NCBI RefSeq assembly: GCF_001194135.2
Contig: NC_069006.1
Span: forward strand, 6,475,793 to 6,539,792
Source of the DNA: Octopus bimaculoides
Lineage: Eukaryota
Length of the DNA: 64,000 nucleotides
Direction of reading: 5' to 3'
The notes under the pieces were generated by a model that saw only the letters and a list, made by a program, of their open reading frames with translations, was not told the origin of the DNA and ran no database searches. Positions 62,519-64,000 of this stretch are shown here, piece after piece (positions within the stretch are counted from its first letter, which is position 1; every line of letters begins with the position of its first letter). The position numbers were made by a program, and so were the translations under genes.

Positions 62519-63225
62519 TTCTGATAAAACCTCTCCTTTTCGCTTCCTTCCCTTTCAATATTTCTTTTTCCTTTTTTTTTTCTCTCTTTATTTCATTGTC
62601 TTCTGAATCATATATTGGAAACAATTTAATATATTAACACACTGAATGCTTCGATTCAAACATCATTTGAATAAAACCTCTTAAACCACTATTCCTACTA
62701 AATCTACATGTTACTGCATATTTTCCATTGGCTGTCAAACAACAAAATAAAACAGCAAAAACATTCAGTTATTTTTTTCTTTTATTCTCTTCCTAGTGTA
62801 TATTTTAGATACATAAATGTTTACCATCAGAATTTCATACCCTCTTGGCAAACTCCCACTATTTCTCTAAAAGTGAAATGTGTCTATGTTGTGGTTGGAT
62901 GTAAGAGGAATGAAGAGGAAACAAGGAAAGAGTTAGCTCAAGGCTCAAGAAACTAGTTTCAATTCTTGCTAGTGACTGCTTGGCTACATTCCTATCTCCA
63001 CTGAAGAAAGACGCTACTATCAGCATTTCCATTTCTTTTCTCCAGTCAATTTAATGATACATTGTATAACAGCAGCAGCAAAAGTAATAGTAGTAGTAGC
63101 AGTGATGATGTTGGCAGTGATGATGATGTTGGCAATGATGATGATGTCGATGGAGTGGTGGTGGCCAGGTAATTATGATGTTGCTGGTGGGGATGGCTAT
63201 ATATATGTGACAATGTAGTTATATA

Positions 63226-64000
63226 CAGCCTTGGCCAAAAGTATTAGGCCACCCCAATGTTTTGGAGTTCTGCTATCTCAATGCTCATGAAACTCATGCA
63301 CATCGTAGATTATGGTATATTTCACAATATACATTAGTTTTGATATCTGGTTGACCCCCCCCCCCTTTAATATTAATTACCACTTTTATACTGTACTGTA
63401 CATATGCAACCAATTATGAGTAAGACCAACGTCCAAAATTAACTCATGTTTCCTTGATTATTTCAGAGTTTTATGCTAAAATACTTTGTAGATACAGTTA
63501 ATAAACAGCAAAATACCTAAAACAAGTGAGTCGAGTGAGTGTGAGCGAGGTCAAATCATAGCTCATCATGAAGATGGAATGTCTCAAAGGCAAATTGCTC
63601 AGAAGATGAAATGTTCTCAATGTGTGGTGCAAACGACTCTCAAGCACTTCAGAGAGGCATAAGATGTGAAGACAATTCAAAGAACAGGCAGAAAAAAAGG
63701 TTACATCACCTTGTGATGACAGATCCATCATCCGTCGGTTACTCAGAAACAGAAGAAAAATATCGTCAGAGCTCTGTGCGGACTTCAACAAGGCTAGCAC
63801 TTCACAAATATCAACCAGAACTGTTAGAAGAAGGTTTGTAGAGTAGTCTGAAAGGCTGTAAAACCAGGAAGAATCCATAGGTTTCTGAAGCGAATATGGA
63901 AAAACGTCTTCAGTTGGCCAAAAACCACTCAAATTGGACCAGTGAGCAATGGTCAAAAGTCATATGATCTAATGAAAGTAACTATGAGGTAAGATAGTAC
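63226..64000 (+). mobile_element. Tc1/mariner transposon, left part (runs off the window)
   Basis: TA|CAGCCTTGGCCAAAAGTATTAGG left TIR followed by a transposase relic. Confidence 0.88.
63513..63990 (+). pseudogene. Tc1 transposase N-terminal half with stops and frameshifts
   Basis: (ATA)PKTSESSECERGQIIAHHEDGMSQRQIAQKMKCSQ...TGRK..TSPCDDRSIIR...STRTVRRR...RLQLAKNHSNWTSEQWSKVI*SNES. HTH domains present; the first catalytic WSDES motif is degraded. Confidence 0.9.

Noticed and set aside
63498-63956. 152-aa minus-strand ORF
   Set aside because: Antisense shadow of the Tc1 transposase pseudogene.
1-64000. CRISPR arrays, rRNA, true tRNA genes, prokaryotic operons
   Set aside because: None seen. 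The tRNA-like A/B boxes belong to SINE heads and lack a full cloverleaf.

Overview
AT-rich, CpG-depleted eukaryotic DNA packed with microsatellites, with 12 assembly gaps. I cannot support any intact host protein-coding region. Nearly all ORF-track entries are translated (TA)n/(CA)n/(GA)n/trinucleotide runs or N gaps. The repeat content and style resemble a coleoid cephalopod, probably Octopus (inference from recalled SINE families, not a database result). The window is a fossil record of mobile elements. DNA transposons: two Tc1/mariner copies (one with both TIRs and TA TSD), a hAT transposase remnant, hAT and TTAA-type MITEs, and several fold-back elements. Non-LTR elements: fragments of RTE, CR1/L2-like, R4/Dong-like and HERO-like elements, plus dozens of modular tRNA-derived SINEs. 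The most interesting signals are three unrelated minimal type-I hammerhead-ribozyme-like motifs (one with an intact core), a SINE whose tail is borrowed from the resident RTE LINE 3' UTR, a candidate pre-miRNA hairpin, three TATA+Inr+splice-donor modules in CpG-retaining islands, and AG|GT recursive-splice-like sites. Element family names come from recalled consensus motifs and need Dfam/Repbase confirmation. Boundaries of old elements are approximate (about +/-20 bp).
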